Shown piece after piece: positions 22,705 to 31,900 of a DNA stretch of 64,000 nucleotides. The notes beneath the pieces were generated by a model that was not told where the DNA came from, did no database searches, and saw only the letters and a list, made by a program, of their open reading frames with translations. The stretch's first letter is position 1. The number at the start of each line of letters is the position of its first letter. The position numbers and the translations under genes were made by a program. Source of the stretch: Bacteroidota bacterium (GTDB lineage: Bacteria; Bacteroidota; Ignavibacteria; Palsa-1295); the NCBI GenBank assembly GCA_021324685.1, contig JAJPIQ010000032.1:2878-66877 (forward strand), written 5' to 3'.

Positions 22705-23340
22705 TCACTTAGGAGTTTGCACGTCGTAACTTGGGTTCGCGCCGTGACCATTTTTATACCAGCCTGATCCGAGTCTTTGTCCGACTGTTCCTAAAAATCC
22801 GCCCGTCAAGGAGCTCATCCCCTGTTGTGCCAGCGAGTCGAAGAAGGATGGCTTCTGTTGCTCTTTTACATCGTTCAGATACTTATTGTAATCGAACGTG
22901 TTGAGCTGCCCTATTTCGCCGAACGCCGTCTCATGCGTAGCTTGGTCGGTCTCCGCGCCTTTTAAGTTCGCGTCGATCATATTGCTCTCGGCCTGTCCGC
23001 GACTCTTATTGTAAAAGGCGCTTTGAACGGCAGCGTTACCCACAAAGTCGGGATCGTTTTGAAACACTCGTTCTTGCTCGCGCGCATTCTCTTCGATGTC
23101 GGCGGCGGCGTGTGTCGCCATATCGGCGCCCAGATGCGATCGCGAGTCTTCTACCGCCTGGTCCGCCATAGCGCCTTCAAACGGGTTCGTGTACGTAGGA
23201 GTGGTGTTGCTGCTTCCGCCGCCAAATGTGCCGAGAAGGCCCCCAATAACAGCGCCTCCTGCGGCGCCCCAAGGACCGAGCGCGGCTCCCATCGATGCAC
23301 CGCTGATCGCGCCGCCTGCAAAATCGCCAAAATCTGCCAT
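22705..23340 (-). CDS. Gly-zipper protein, putative DNA pilot/ejection protein
   Basis: GAISGASMGAALGPWGAAGGAVIGGLLG N-terminus; Ala/Gln-rich helical body. Confidence 0.6.
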   Translation of the reverse strand: MADFGDFAGGAISGASMGAALGPWGAAGGAVIGGLLGTFGGGSSNTTPTYTNPFEGAMADQAVEDSRSHLGADMATHAAADIEENAREQERVFQNDPDFVGNAAVQSAFYNKSRGQAESNMIDANLKGAETDQATHETAFGEIGQLNTFDYNKYLNDVKEQQKPSFFDSLAQQGMSSLTGGFLGTVGQRLGSGWYKNGHGANPSYDVQTPK

Positions 23341-23343
23341 AGT

Positions 23344-24063
23344 TTAAAAAGACGAAAGCGCTACTCGCCGCCATGAGGCAGGAGCAACGCATACATAATA
23401 GTAGGAGGAGTCGTAGGCTTCGTCGCCGGCATTACCGGGCGATGAGCTGCTGATTGGTGCGCCCGCCCAGTCTTTACGTGCCGATAGATTGCTGCGAGCC
23501 CCGGACGGGGACATAGCGCCCGTTCCGCCATTCGCGATCGCTACAGTTCCGGTAACGTTTGACGCCGTACCCGTGGTGTTCTGGTTCAGCGTTGGGACGT
23601 CGGAAGCGACGATGGCGGATAGCGTAGTATGCGTGCCATCGCTGCGAAGATAGGTTCCGGCCGACTGTGCGCCAGCGAGGACGTCGATCGCGGCTTGTTG
23701 GGTGATCTGACCCGTGCCGCCTTTTGCGATCGGAAGCGTGCCGGTGACGTAAGACTGTGTAAGATCGACGGCTTGCTGCGAGAGCCAGACCGAAGAGTGC
23801 GGTTGTGTGAACGTTTTACTCGTATAGACCGCACCGGCAACCGTGACGCTGGAAAAGATAACGGCCTCCAGCACATACCCGACCGCATCGGTCAAGGATG
23901 TGATGTCCGGCCCTTCGATAAGCTCGGCATACGCGAGTGGCGTCGCGTCGAGAAGCTGCCCCGTCGCGCGGATATTATCCCACTGCGAGCTCACGCTCGT
24001 CGTAATGAGCGGGAAGGAATTATCCGACTGCGCGGCAGTAATATAACGAATACCCTGGACCAT
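23344..24063 (-). CDS. Tail fibre-like protein
   Basis: GTLPIAKGGTG / GTVAIANGGTG repeats; YVCVAPASWRR C-terminus. Confidence 0.75.
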   Translation of the reverse strand: MVQGIRYITAAQSDNSFPLITTSVSSQWDNIRATGQLLDATPLAYAELIEGPDITSLTDAVGYVLEAVIFSSVTVAGAVYTSKTFTQPHSSVWLSQQAVDLTQSYVTGTLPIAKGGTGQITQQAAIDVLAGAQSAGTYLRSDGTHTTLSAIVASDVPTLNQNTTGTASNVTGTVAIANGGTGAMSPSGARSNLSARKDWAGAPISSSSPGNAGDEAYDSSYYYVCVAPASWRRVALSSF

Positions 24064-24533
24064 TACCAGCTAAAGAGCGGGGCGAATGCCGAGACCCCGG
24101 CAGTCCCCGTCATAATATGATTGACGCTCGTGTAATAAGATCCCGCGTAGAGCCAAATATCGATTCGGTCGAGATCGATCGACAGCGCCGGAGCGACGCA
24201 TGATCCGCGAAAGTCGGCATACCCGAAGATTCCGAATGCAGATCGCTTCATATCCGGAGGCGCCTGAAGGCGAACGGTATCGCGGTACGAAAAGACGACT
24301 GGCTCGAGGACGACTGGCCGGTCTACGACACGCTCCGACATAACCAATACACGCTCGACGGTATCATGGACTATCCGCGTTACCGTGTCATGGACCGTAA
24401 CGACTACTCTGCGAGGTTTTGCTGGGATATATAGCTGGGTCGTCCCATCGGGTTTCACTACCGCCACCTTTCGCTGGGCGTGAGCTGGAAGCGCGAGGCA
24501 CAAAAGAATAAGAGACCAAAGTAAGTAGCGCAC
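24063..24533 (-). CDS. Exported hypothetical protein (lysis region)
   Basis: Signal peptide ending AHA; VHDTV repeats. Confidence 0.6.
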   Translation of the reverse strand: MRYLLWSLILLCLALPAHAQRKVAVVKPDGTTQLYIPAKPRRVVVTVHDTVTRIVHDTVERVLVMSERVVDRPVVLEPVVFSYRDTVRLQAPPDMKRSAFGIFGYADFRGSCVAPALSIDLDRIDIWLYAGSYYTSVNHIMTGTAGVSAFAPLFSW

Positions 24534-24545
24534 TGCGCGCCTCCT

Positions 24546-25145
24546 CTAATTTCGACCGTTGAACTGTTCCATTAGCGAGAGCACTTCTCTCGGATAGCTG
24601 GCTGGGAACCTGGGGCCGTTGTAGCGCCCGATCGCATGATAGAGGTCGTAACGTTTAAACAACGGAGCGTAGAATTTCCCGAAGTATGCGAAGGCGTCGG
24701 AGTCAGGGATGTCGCTGAGGAAGGGAGTTGTACACCCTAACGCGCGAACGTTGACGCCTAAAATTTGGAACCGCGTATGGCTCGAACCCTCCTGGAATAC
24801 CTCCGTGAGGAATGAAGGTATGCCGTGATGTTTTCTACTGAAGGCCGTGCTCCGCGCACGGACCAGTCGCGCCATCTTCGACTGCCCGACCGTATAATTC
24901 CCTTCTGTTCGGATAGCCTGCGGCTCGTGCTTACTTTCCTTCCATGACTCCGCCCGACAAAGATTCGCCGGCAGCCCATACTTCGCTTCCGTTGCTTTCG
25001 CCAACGAGTCGAGTTCCGGCGTCCACCGCTCTGCTTCAATCGTCGAGTCCAGGGGCGAAAGTCGATAGCTAACCTGAGGGCCAATGGGAGCGTGGTTCGG
25101 GAACGGAAAGATGAGAAGATATATAAAAATGAGAAAATTCAGCAT
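24546..25145 (-). CDS. Lytic transglycosylase-like endolysin with hydrophobic N-terminus
   Basis: KYGLPANLCRAESWKES, RFQIL, AIGRYNG resemble SLT motifs. Confidence 0.7.
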   Translation of the reverse strand: MLNFLIFIYLLIFPFPNHAPIGPQVSYRLSPLDSTIEAERWTPELDSLAKATEAKYGLPANLCRAESWKESKHEPQAIRTEGNYTVGQSKMARLVRARSTAFSRKHHGIPSFLTEVFQEGSSHTRFQILGVNVRALGCTTPFLSDIPDSDAFAYFGKFYAPLFKRYDLYHAIGRYNGPRFPASYPREVLSLMEQFNGRN

Positions 25146-25891
25146 TACAGCTCGACTGCGGAAATAGTTACGTTCTTGACGTTAGCGGAGGATGCACCAC
25201 CCGCAGGCATTGCAACCGCCATATCCAGCCAATAGGCAATACCGATCGTTAGACCGGTTACTAAGTTTGTGCAGCAGAAGGGCGCCGTCATGATCGACGC
25301 ATTGTTTTGTTGAGTCATTTGCACGGATAAGCTTGCGGTCCCCGTCAGCGATGCACCATTCGAAGGAGCCGTGCTAGTGCCATAATAAAGCATTGTCTTT
25401 GCGACGGAACCATTCGAAACAGAGCCGAACGTGAGATACCCAGTCGCGATGAGTAAAAGTGTTCCCGATTTTGCCGGCGTAATGGACCCGGCAATACCCA
25501 TCATCAGACCAGTCGTGTTGGTAGTACCTGTGGGAGATGCCGACGTTACTTGCGCGCTCGCGGGCGTTACCCAAGTAGGAAGACCGCTTGCTACGCTCAA
25601 AGTTTGTCCCGTTGAACCCACGGCAAGCCTTGTCGGCGCGGGCGTAGAGTTCTCGATAATAATATCGCCGGCAGTCGTCATCGGATTTGACATCCCACTT
25701 CCACCACTGCCACCAGCCGTTTGCCACATACTACCATCGTAATACTTCAGCACGTTTGACGTCGTGTCGAAATAGATTTGTCCTGTTCCTGGCGTCGAGG
25801 GAGCGCTCGCAAGATTTTGGACCACTCCATTTCTGATCTCGTTCTTTAGGAGATCGACCGGCGATCCAAAGGTACGCGGTTGAAGACTCAT
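25145..25891 (-). CDS. Tail fibre-like protein
   Basis: GQIYFDTTSNVLKYYDGSMW, NPMTTAGDII, RLAVGSTGQTL; N-terminus paralogous to 25893-27029. Confidence 0.75.
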   Translation of the reverse strand: MSLQPRTFGSPVDLLKNEIRNGVVQNLASAPSTPGTGQIYFDTTSNVLKYYDGSMWQTAGGSGGSGMSNPMTTAGDIIIENSTPAPTRLAVGSTGQTLSVASGLPTWVTPASAQVTSASPTGTTNTTGLMMGIAGSITPAKSGTLLLIATGYLTFGSVSNGSVAKTMLYYGTSTAPSNGASLTGTASLSVQMTQQNNASIMTAPFCCTNLVTGLTIGIAYWLDMAVAMPAGGASSANVKNVTISAVEL

Positions 25892-25892
25892 A

Positions 25893-27029
25893 TTATCCTA
25901 AAACAATGACGGTGAACTGCCCGCTCGTGGGCGTAATGCCGTTGGTATTAATTGTAATCTGCGACGTGCTTGTGTGTTGCACGTCGAACTCGACTTGCTG
26001 ATAAGGAGATGCCGTATAGTAAATCTGGACGATTACCGCCTGTGTGCCAAGACTATGGGTAATTGTAAAGCTTGTGGAACTTCCGTCGCCGAAGGTTGTC
26101 GTATATATGTACGGAACTTTCGTATGGTCGACCTTGACGCCAGACCCTGTGACAGCAATACCAGTATCCGCAACGACGCTGAATACCGTGCTTGCAAGCT
26201 GAAGGCCGTTGCCAGCACTGTAGGAGGTTGGTGCGGCAATCTGAGTGAACGTGATCGCCGTCGTACCGACTGTCGGAGCCGACGTGTTGCCGTTAAGCCA
26301 GATTGTATTCTTATTCGTTGTCCCGTCCGGACCGACCGGAACGAATCCGCCCTGAAATTCTCCCGACGTGTCCATATCGACGTGTCGGGTAAGAATGTAT
26401 GGGTGAGTTCCATCGCCAGCCTGCGTAACGGTGTAAAGACCGTTATTTGCGCCAGTGGCCTCATTTTTTACAAGAACGACATCATTGGTGACGACAGTAT
26501 ATCCGTCGATTGTAAGCGCTCCATTCGAATTTGCAGTGAGCGTTGCGCCAACCCCCGAGGTGCCGTTCGTATATGTGTTTGCGGGTAGTGCGGTCGTTGT
26601 CGCGACCATTGCAGTGGGCTTTTGAGTCAAGCCCTGCACGCTCGAATCAACGTAGCCTTTCGTTGCCGCATCTGTCGAAGACACCGGTGTCGCGAGGTTC
26701 GTCAGTTTATGACTATTCATCGAGACATCCGCAGCCGGCGCCGAGAAGCTATCGAGCGTGTAACCTTTTACGGTCGTCGCAAGATCCGAGATTGTGCTCG
26801 AAGTTTGCGAACCGGTATGGTTCGCACGATTCAGTAAAAACGATTTATCCGCGAAGTACGCCCACGCACCATTTTGGTACGTGCCGTACTGATGAAGCGT
26901 GGTGTCGTAATAACACTGACCTTCCACCGGCGACGAGGGGGCCGATGAAAGGTTCTGCATTACTGAATTTCTGACCTCGTTTTTCTGGAGGTCGATGTGC
27001 GTGCCAAAGAGTCGGGGCTGAAGGGACAT
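25893..27029 (-). CDS. Tail fibre-like protein
   Basis: RANHTGSQ, DAATKGYVD, VLVKNE..NNGLY, THSLGT. Confidence 0.78.
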   Translation of the reverse strand: MSLQPRLFGTHIDLQKNEVRNSVMQNLSSAPSSPVEGQCYYDTTLHQYGTYQNGAWAYFADKSFLLNRANHTGSQTSSTISDLATTVKGYTLDSFSAPAADVSMNSHKLTNLATPVSSTDAATKGYVDSSVQGLTQKPTAMVATTTALPANTYTNGTSGVGATLTANSNGALTIDGYTVVTNDVVLVKNEATGANNGLYTVTQAGDGTHPYILTRHVDMDTSGEFQGGFVPVGPDGTTNKNTIWLNGNTSAPTVGTTAITFTQIAAPTSYSAGNGLQLASTVFSVVADTGIAVTGSGVKVDHTKVPYIYTTTFGDGSSTSFTITHSLGTQAVIVQIYYTASPYQQVEFDVQHTSTSQITINTNGITPTSGQFTVIVLG

Positions 27030-27032
27030 TAT

Positions 27033-27389
27033 TTAATTCAAGAACGCCTGCCCGGCAAGGGCGGCTGTAAAATAAATCGTGATGTTGTTCGAGTCGAGGT
27101 AGTGGACATCCGCCTCGACTTCTCGCCCGAGCGAATCGATAACCGTTACGCTCGGGTAATAGCCTAAGTTATGCGCGATATTCCAGATAGTGGATGCAGT
27201 TCCCTGAGTATAATCAAAATTTCCACGCGCTGGCCCTATCGGCCCTTGTACGCCTTGAGGACCTGGCGGTCCCTGCTGGGACGCATAACGCACGGTCGTA
27301 ACCGGCGCTACCTTGGACTCTACCTTAAAGACCGGTGTGTCGAGGACGATGACTGTCGTCTTCGTGACCGTCGTATTTACATCCGGCAT
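27033..27389 (-). CDS. Small virion protein with short collagen-like repeat
   Basis: GPPGPQGVQGPIGP; WNIAHNLGYYPSVTV. Confidence 0.7.
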   Translation of the reverse strand: MPDVNTTVTKTTVIVLDTPVFKVESKVAPVTTVRYASQQGPPGPQGVQGPIGPARGNFDYTQGTASTIWNIAHNLGYYPSVTVIDSLGREVEADVHYLDSNNITIYFTAALAGQAFLN

Positions 27390-27392
27390 AGC

Positions 27393-27746
27393 TTAGGGCG
27401 TATATCCGGGCATCGGCTCGATGACGCCTTCGAAGACTGGCAGTGAATCGGTGCTCGAGTCCAGGAAAAAATCGTAGTTTAGCGTCGCCGAGCCGAGCGT
27501 CGTCTCCGTCTGAGTCTTCGTTAAGCTTAGTTCCACAACGCCGCCGGTCGTATCGATCACATTGACGGTCGGCGTGACGACGATTGCGCCGGTATTCTGA
27601 TCGACGAACGAACACCGGACGGTGTACCCGGTGAGGTCGAACGGCGCGCCGGCTTGCGTAAACTCTAAATGCCAAAGCCACCCGCCGTTGCGTTTAATTT
27701 TGTGGTTGAGGACCTCTGGCTCGCGTAAATACAGTGTCTCGGCCAT
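27393..27746 (-). CDS. BppU-like fibre-attachment protein
   Basis: PFDLTGYTV, GVVELSLTKTQT, YDF..FEG. Confidence 0.6.
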   Translation of the reverse strand: MAETLYLREPEVLNHKIKRNGGWLWHLEFTQAGAPFDLTGYTVRCSFVDQNTGAIVVTPTVNVIDTTGGVVELSLTKTQTETTLGSATLNYDFFLDSSTDSLPVFEGVIEPMPGYTP

Positions 27747-28122
27747 CGACTACGAAATAAGAGGAAGGAGGATTGTCTGTGTAGGTGTCGTCGCGAGTGG
27801 GAGTTACCGCCTCCTGCGCTTCGATGCGGGCCAGCCGGGCTTCGTGGCTCGTGGTGATCCGTGTGAGCGCCGCGATTTGGGAACCCTGCCCGAAGCTGGA
27901 ATCGCGCAGGCATCGCACGTCGGCCTTCACGCTTCGAATGTCTTCCGGTACTGCGCGGAGGCTGTCGAAGTCGACGAGGAGCGTCTTGACATTATCCTTC
28001 GTCTCGGTATAGTCGATAACGCCCTTGACGATCTTCGTAGTCAGCGAGATAAAGATTCCGAGACATAAGCTGATGATGGAAATAACGATCTGAGCCGATA
28101 CTTTTTTCTTATCTTCAGACAT
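27694..28122 (-). CDS. Membrane-anchored coiled-coil protein (holin/chaperone-like)
   Basis: One N-terminal TM helix; HEARLARIE. Confidence 0.5.
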   Translation of the reverse strand: MSEDKKKVSAQIVISIISLCLGIFISLTTKIVKGVIDYTETKDNVKTLLVDFDSLRAVPEDIRSVKADVRCLRDSSFGQGSQIAALTRITTSHEARLARIEAQEAVTPTRDDTYTDNPPSSYFVVDGRDTVFTRARGPQPQN

Positions 28123-28125
28123 GGG

Positions 28126-28776
28126 CTAATAGATATGAAAGCCGAGACCCGCTCGACCGGATAGACCATAAAGAAGGGAAAGTTCAGGGCTCACTAAAAT
28201 CGACACGCCTCCGATCCGAAGGGAGCCGTCGAGCGTGAGCGTAATGTCTCGCGCGCCGCCGACCGCTTCATACAGCACGTCTCCGTCGAGGGACAGGACG
28301 TCTTCCTTGCGTTCGACGACGTCCTCGCGCACGTCCACGGTCGTATCGTGAACGGTCACGTAGACGGGAGCGTGGCGGACCTGAAATGCGAGGATCATTT
28401 TGTCGCGAGGAACGACGTATCCCTCCACCGTGTCGCAGCCCGAATTATCAGCACGACACAGCGCCGTATCGATTGCGAAGGGCTCGCAAGAGGAAGTGTC
28501 CGCAAATTCGCGGGTTCCCACGGCGGTCGGTGAGAGAACGGAAGTGGGGAGGGATACGCGCTCGCGAGAGGTGAGACGCCGGCCGGTGAGAATGGCGGCC
28601 GTGATTGGAGGCGGGAGGACCGCCTCGACGCGATCGCGAACCGTGGAGGTGGAGTCGCGATTCGTGGAAAGCACCGCGCCGGTAGGACGTGGTCCATTCG
28701 GGCATCGATGCGTAAACCAACCGATGAGGAAGGCTAACGCGATGGCTGCTAAGACGTACGGGAGTCTTAGGGACAT
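28126..28776 (-). CDS. Membrane-anchored protein, possibly spanin-like
   Basis: N-terminal TM helix; C-terminal beta strands ending GLGFHIY. Confidence 0.45.
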   Translation of the reverse strand: MSLRLPYVLAAIALAFLIGWFTHRCPNGPRPTGAVLSTNRDSTSTVRDRVEAVLPPPITAAILTGRRLTSRERVSLPTSVLSPTAVGTREFADTSSCEPFAIDTALCRADNSGCDTVEGYVVPRDKMILAFQVRHAPVYVTVHDTTVDVREDVVERKEDVLSLDGDVLYEAVGGARDITLTLDGSLRIGGVSILVSPELSLLYGLSGRAGLGFHIY

Positions 28777-28919
28777 ATTTTGAAAGAAGGGCTATGCACA
28801 ACCGGGCCGGGGAGACCTAATTGTGCCGTTACGAGGTGCTTGGGGGAAAAGGGAACGCCCCTCGCGGGAGACGGAGAGGCGTATAATAATACAACGAAAA
28901 AACGCCAAAAAAGTTCGAC

Positions 28920-31900
28920 TTAGGGGGTCGGGACGAGGACTCGCGTTGCTCCGCGGGATGGCACGCCAGCCGCGAGCCGTTGGAACCTATCGCGATACTC
29001 TTTTAGCATTTTCGGATCGGTGTTTTCGTCGCTAAGCCGGCGTATCTTATCGCGAAGAGTGGGAAGCAGAACTTCTCGTTCCGCGGGGGACGCGGCTTCG
29101 AACACCCGGAGCGCCTGGTCCGGGGAGTCGGATTTGAAGTCGTGCGTAAAGCCTGACTCCTTCGACTCCTTTGTAATCGTCTTCCAGTCGCTGGGCGTGA
29201 TCTTGCCTTCCTTAATGTAGCGATCTCGAAGCGCCGCTGCCTGCCCCGCCTCTCCGTTGCGAAGAAGTCGAAGGAGTTCCGACTTATGCGAAGAGTGCTC
29301 GGCGGTCTCCTGGGTGCGCCCACCCTCGGTATAACGGGCCTGCGTGTAACGCTGCTGGACGGCTTCCGCGTCGGTCTGGTAGAGCTCTCGACGCGCGGGC
29401 TTGATTCCGATAAAAGCTCCCGCCGTAACGGCGAGCTTGTTATGCGTCCCTTCCTCCAGCTCGTTTCTGATAGCGGTCGCCGTGAAGGGAATGAAGTCGC
29501 TCGCAACGTAGAGTCCGCGATCCACCCATTGACGCCAGAACGGATCGTCGGGGTTAACAACGTTGTCGCCATAGTGCCCTTTATTCGTAAGCAGTGTGGC
29601 AACGGTACTGAAGACCGGAGCGAGCTTCCCGATGATCGTACCTTTCGGGTCTTTGTATGTGGAATACAAATCCGTAAAGTAGTCCTTAATCGAAAGGCGC
29701 CGCTCGTCGCCGAGATCGTCGACGTCACCCGACGAAGGGAGGATAAGGTCCTTCACGTCCTTCGGCGCGTGGTGCGCGAGGAGCCCGGTGATAAGTGCTG
29801 CGGTGAACGCATGCGTCATCGTCAGCGCCAGCATATAGGCCGTCCGCTGAGTGAGTTCGGGGTTGTTTCCCTCCCAGAGGTTATGAGCGGTACGCGCCGC
29901 GTCGACGAGCGAGCCCGTAAAGGCGCGAGCGGTTCCAAAGTTCCAGCCGGTCGCAAGGAATGTCTGAAGGAGCTTATCCTTTACCGCCCGATCCCAGAAC
30001 AGATTCGAATAGATGACCTGTCCAAAAATGTTGTCGACGTGATCGACGGCCTTCGCCGTCATTTTCTTTATGTCGGCCTCGCTGGTTACCGGATGATCGG
30101 CGTCCGCCAAATCGTCTAAGACGAGCTGTTTTACGGCCGCCGCCTTCATAGCGGGAACCCAGTAGTCCATAATCGGCGCAGCCGCCTGCTCGAGCGCGGC
30201 CATCAAGCCTTTCGCCGCGACTCCGGGCTTCAGTAGCTCTCCTTTCCCCAGAGCCTTCGCCGTAGCCCCCAGGGTATTCGCGAGACCGGGAGCATTGTTG
30301 CCGATCGCCTCGCGGAACTTCTGGCGCATCCGGGAATCGTAGTACGGGTCCTTACCACCCTGAAAGCCGCCTAAGACGGCGCGGTTCACGACGGTGTCGA
30401 GATACTCACCCTCGGAGCCCGGCGCAGCATACGCTTTTAGGAATTGCTGTCCTTCGCGGAACTTCTTTTTCAGGTTAAAACTGTCCTTCAACGCCTGCGC
30501 GGACTCATCGAAGCGACCTTTAAATCCCAGCACCATCGCGCGACCAAGGTCATTAATAACGCTGTTGTAAGCCGTCTCGAATCCGTGGAAGGCCGAGAGG
30601 GAGAGCTTCGCCATACTCGCGGTATTATTGTAAGCCCGCAGGGCGTCGAAAGCGATGCTTTTGCCGGCAAGCCCAGGCGAGAGATAGTTCTTTAAAACCT
30701 GGTACTCGCCGTCTCGAATCGCGTACCACCCGCGAACGATTCGCGTCGGATCGCGGGCATCCTGTGTATGAAACCCGATTTCGACGCCTGGTTTAATATA
30801 CCGAAACGCATTCAACTCCGGGACCGACTGAAGGACCTTGTCGAACTTGTCGGCTAAGTGCGGCGCGACTTCGTTGAGGAGATCGGGTGCCATAACGTAG
30901 GCATGCGCCAGGTTCGCCATCTGCTCTTCCGGCGACTGAAGGTAGGCGAGGTATTTATCGCTCGCGTGGCCGCCCGTGCTCTTGACGCGCTGTAACGCAA
31001 GCTCCTCCGCCTCGTGTCGTAGAAGAGGATCGCCCCCTACTACTTTATTGTAGAGGTCGAATTTATTATCCATCACGTGGCCGACCTCGTGAACTTTTAC
31101 GCCGTCGCCAGAACCGAAGAGCGTTTTAATCACCGAGCTCATGCGATTGCCGCGCTCGCCCAACGTCCGGACGTATCCACCCACGACGCCGGTTCGCGCG
31201 CCGGTCTTCTTTAAGTTCACTTCGCGCCCCATCTGAATGTCGGGCTCGAGCGTTTTCGTGAAGGCGTCAAGCTGGTCGTGAAGGTTCTGGTCGATCGCCT
31301 CCGTTACAGTGTGCTGTACGCGACCATAGACAGTGAAATTCGGATCGGATTTATCCAGCGTGTATCCTTCCGGCACGGTGACGCCCTGCCGATTCGGAAT
31401 AAAGACACGGGTTCCCGCGCGGTCTGCGAGGGAGTTAGAAATCTCTTCGCCCGCGATAAATCGATTGATGGAGGCGAGCTTCGTGCGGACCATATCGGCG
31501 GGGTTCCAGGAGGCCGGTTCGAGACCAGCTTTCAGTCCCTCGTACATATCGGCATAGTAGCGCTGCTTCATAAAAGACTTATCGCCTTTTAACAATCGCT
31601 GCATTCGAGCCGGGTCCGAGTAATACGCCTTCGCCTTAACCGGGTCCTTCCAGACGTGCGGGAAATAGTTCTCGTAAAACGTTTTGAGCGCCTCCGGGCT
31701 TACGGCATGGAGACGATCGCGAGCGGCTGTAAAAAGGTTGTCGAAAAGCGTACGTGCCTGCTGGAGTTTTGGGTCTGCGTGCGGTAGCCCGTAGTCCGCG
31801 TCGTACATAAATTCCGCAGCCTGCGACCGCGTCATGTTCGACATGTATTGATGCGCGTCTTTAATCGCCTCGTCCGTAATCTTCGCCTGCTGCATCCGTC

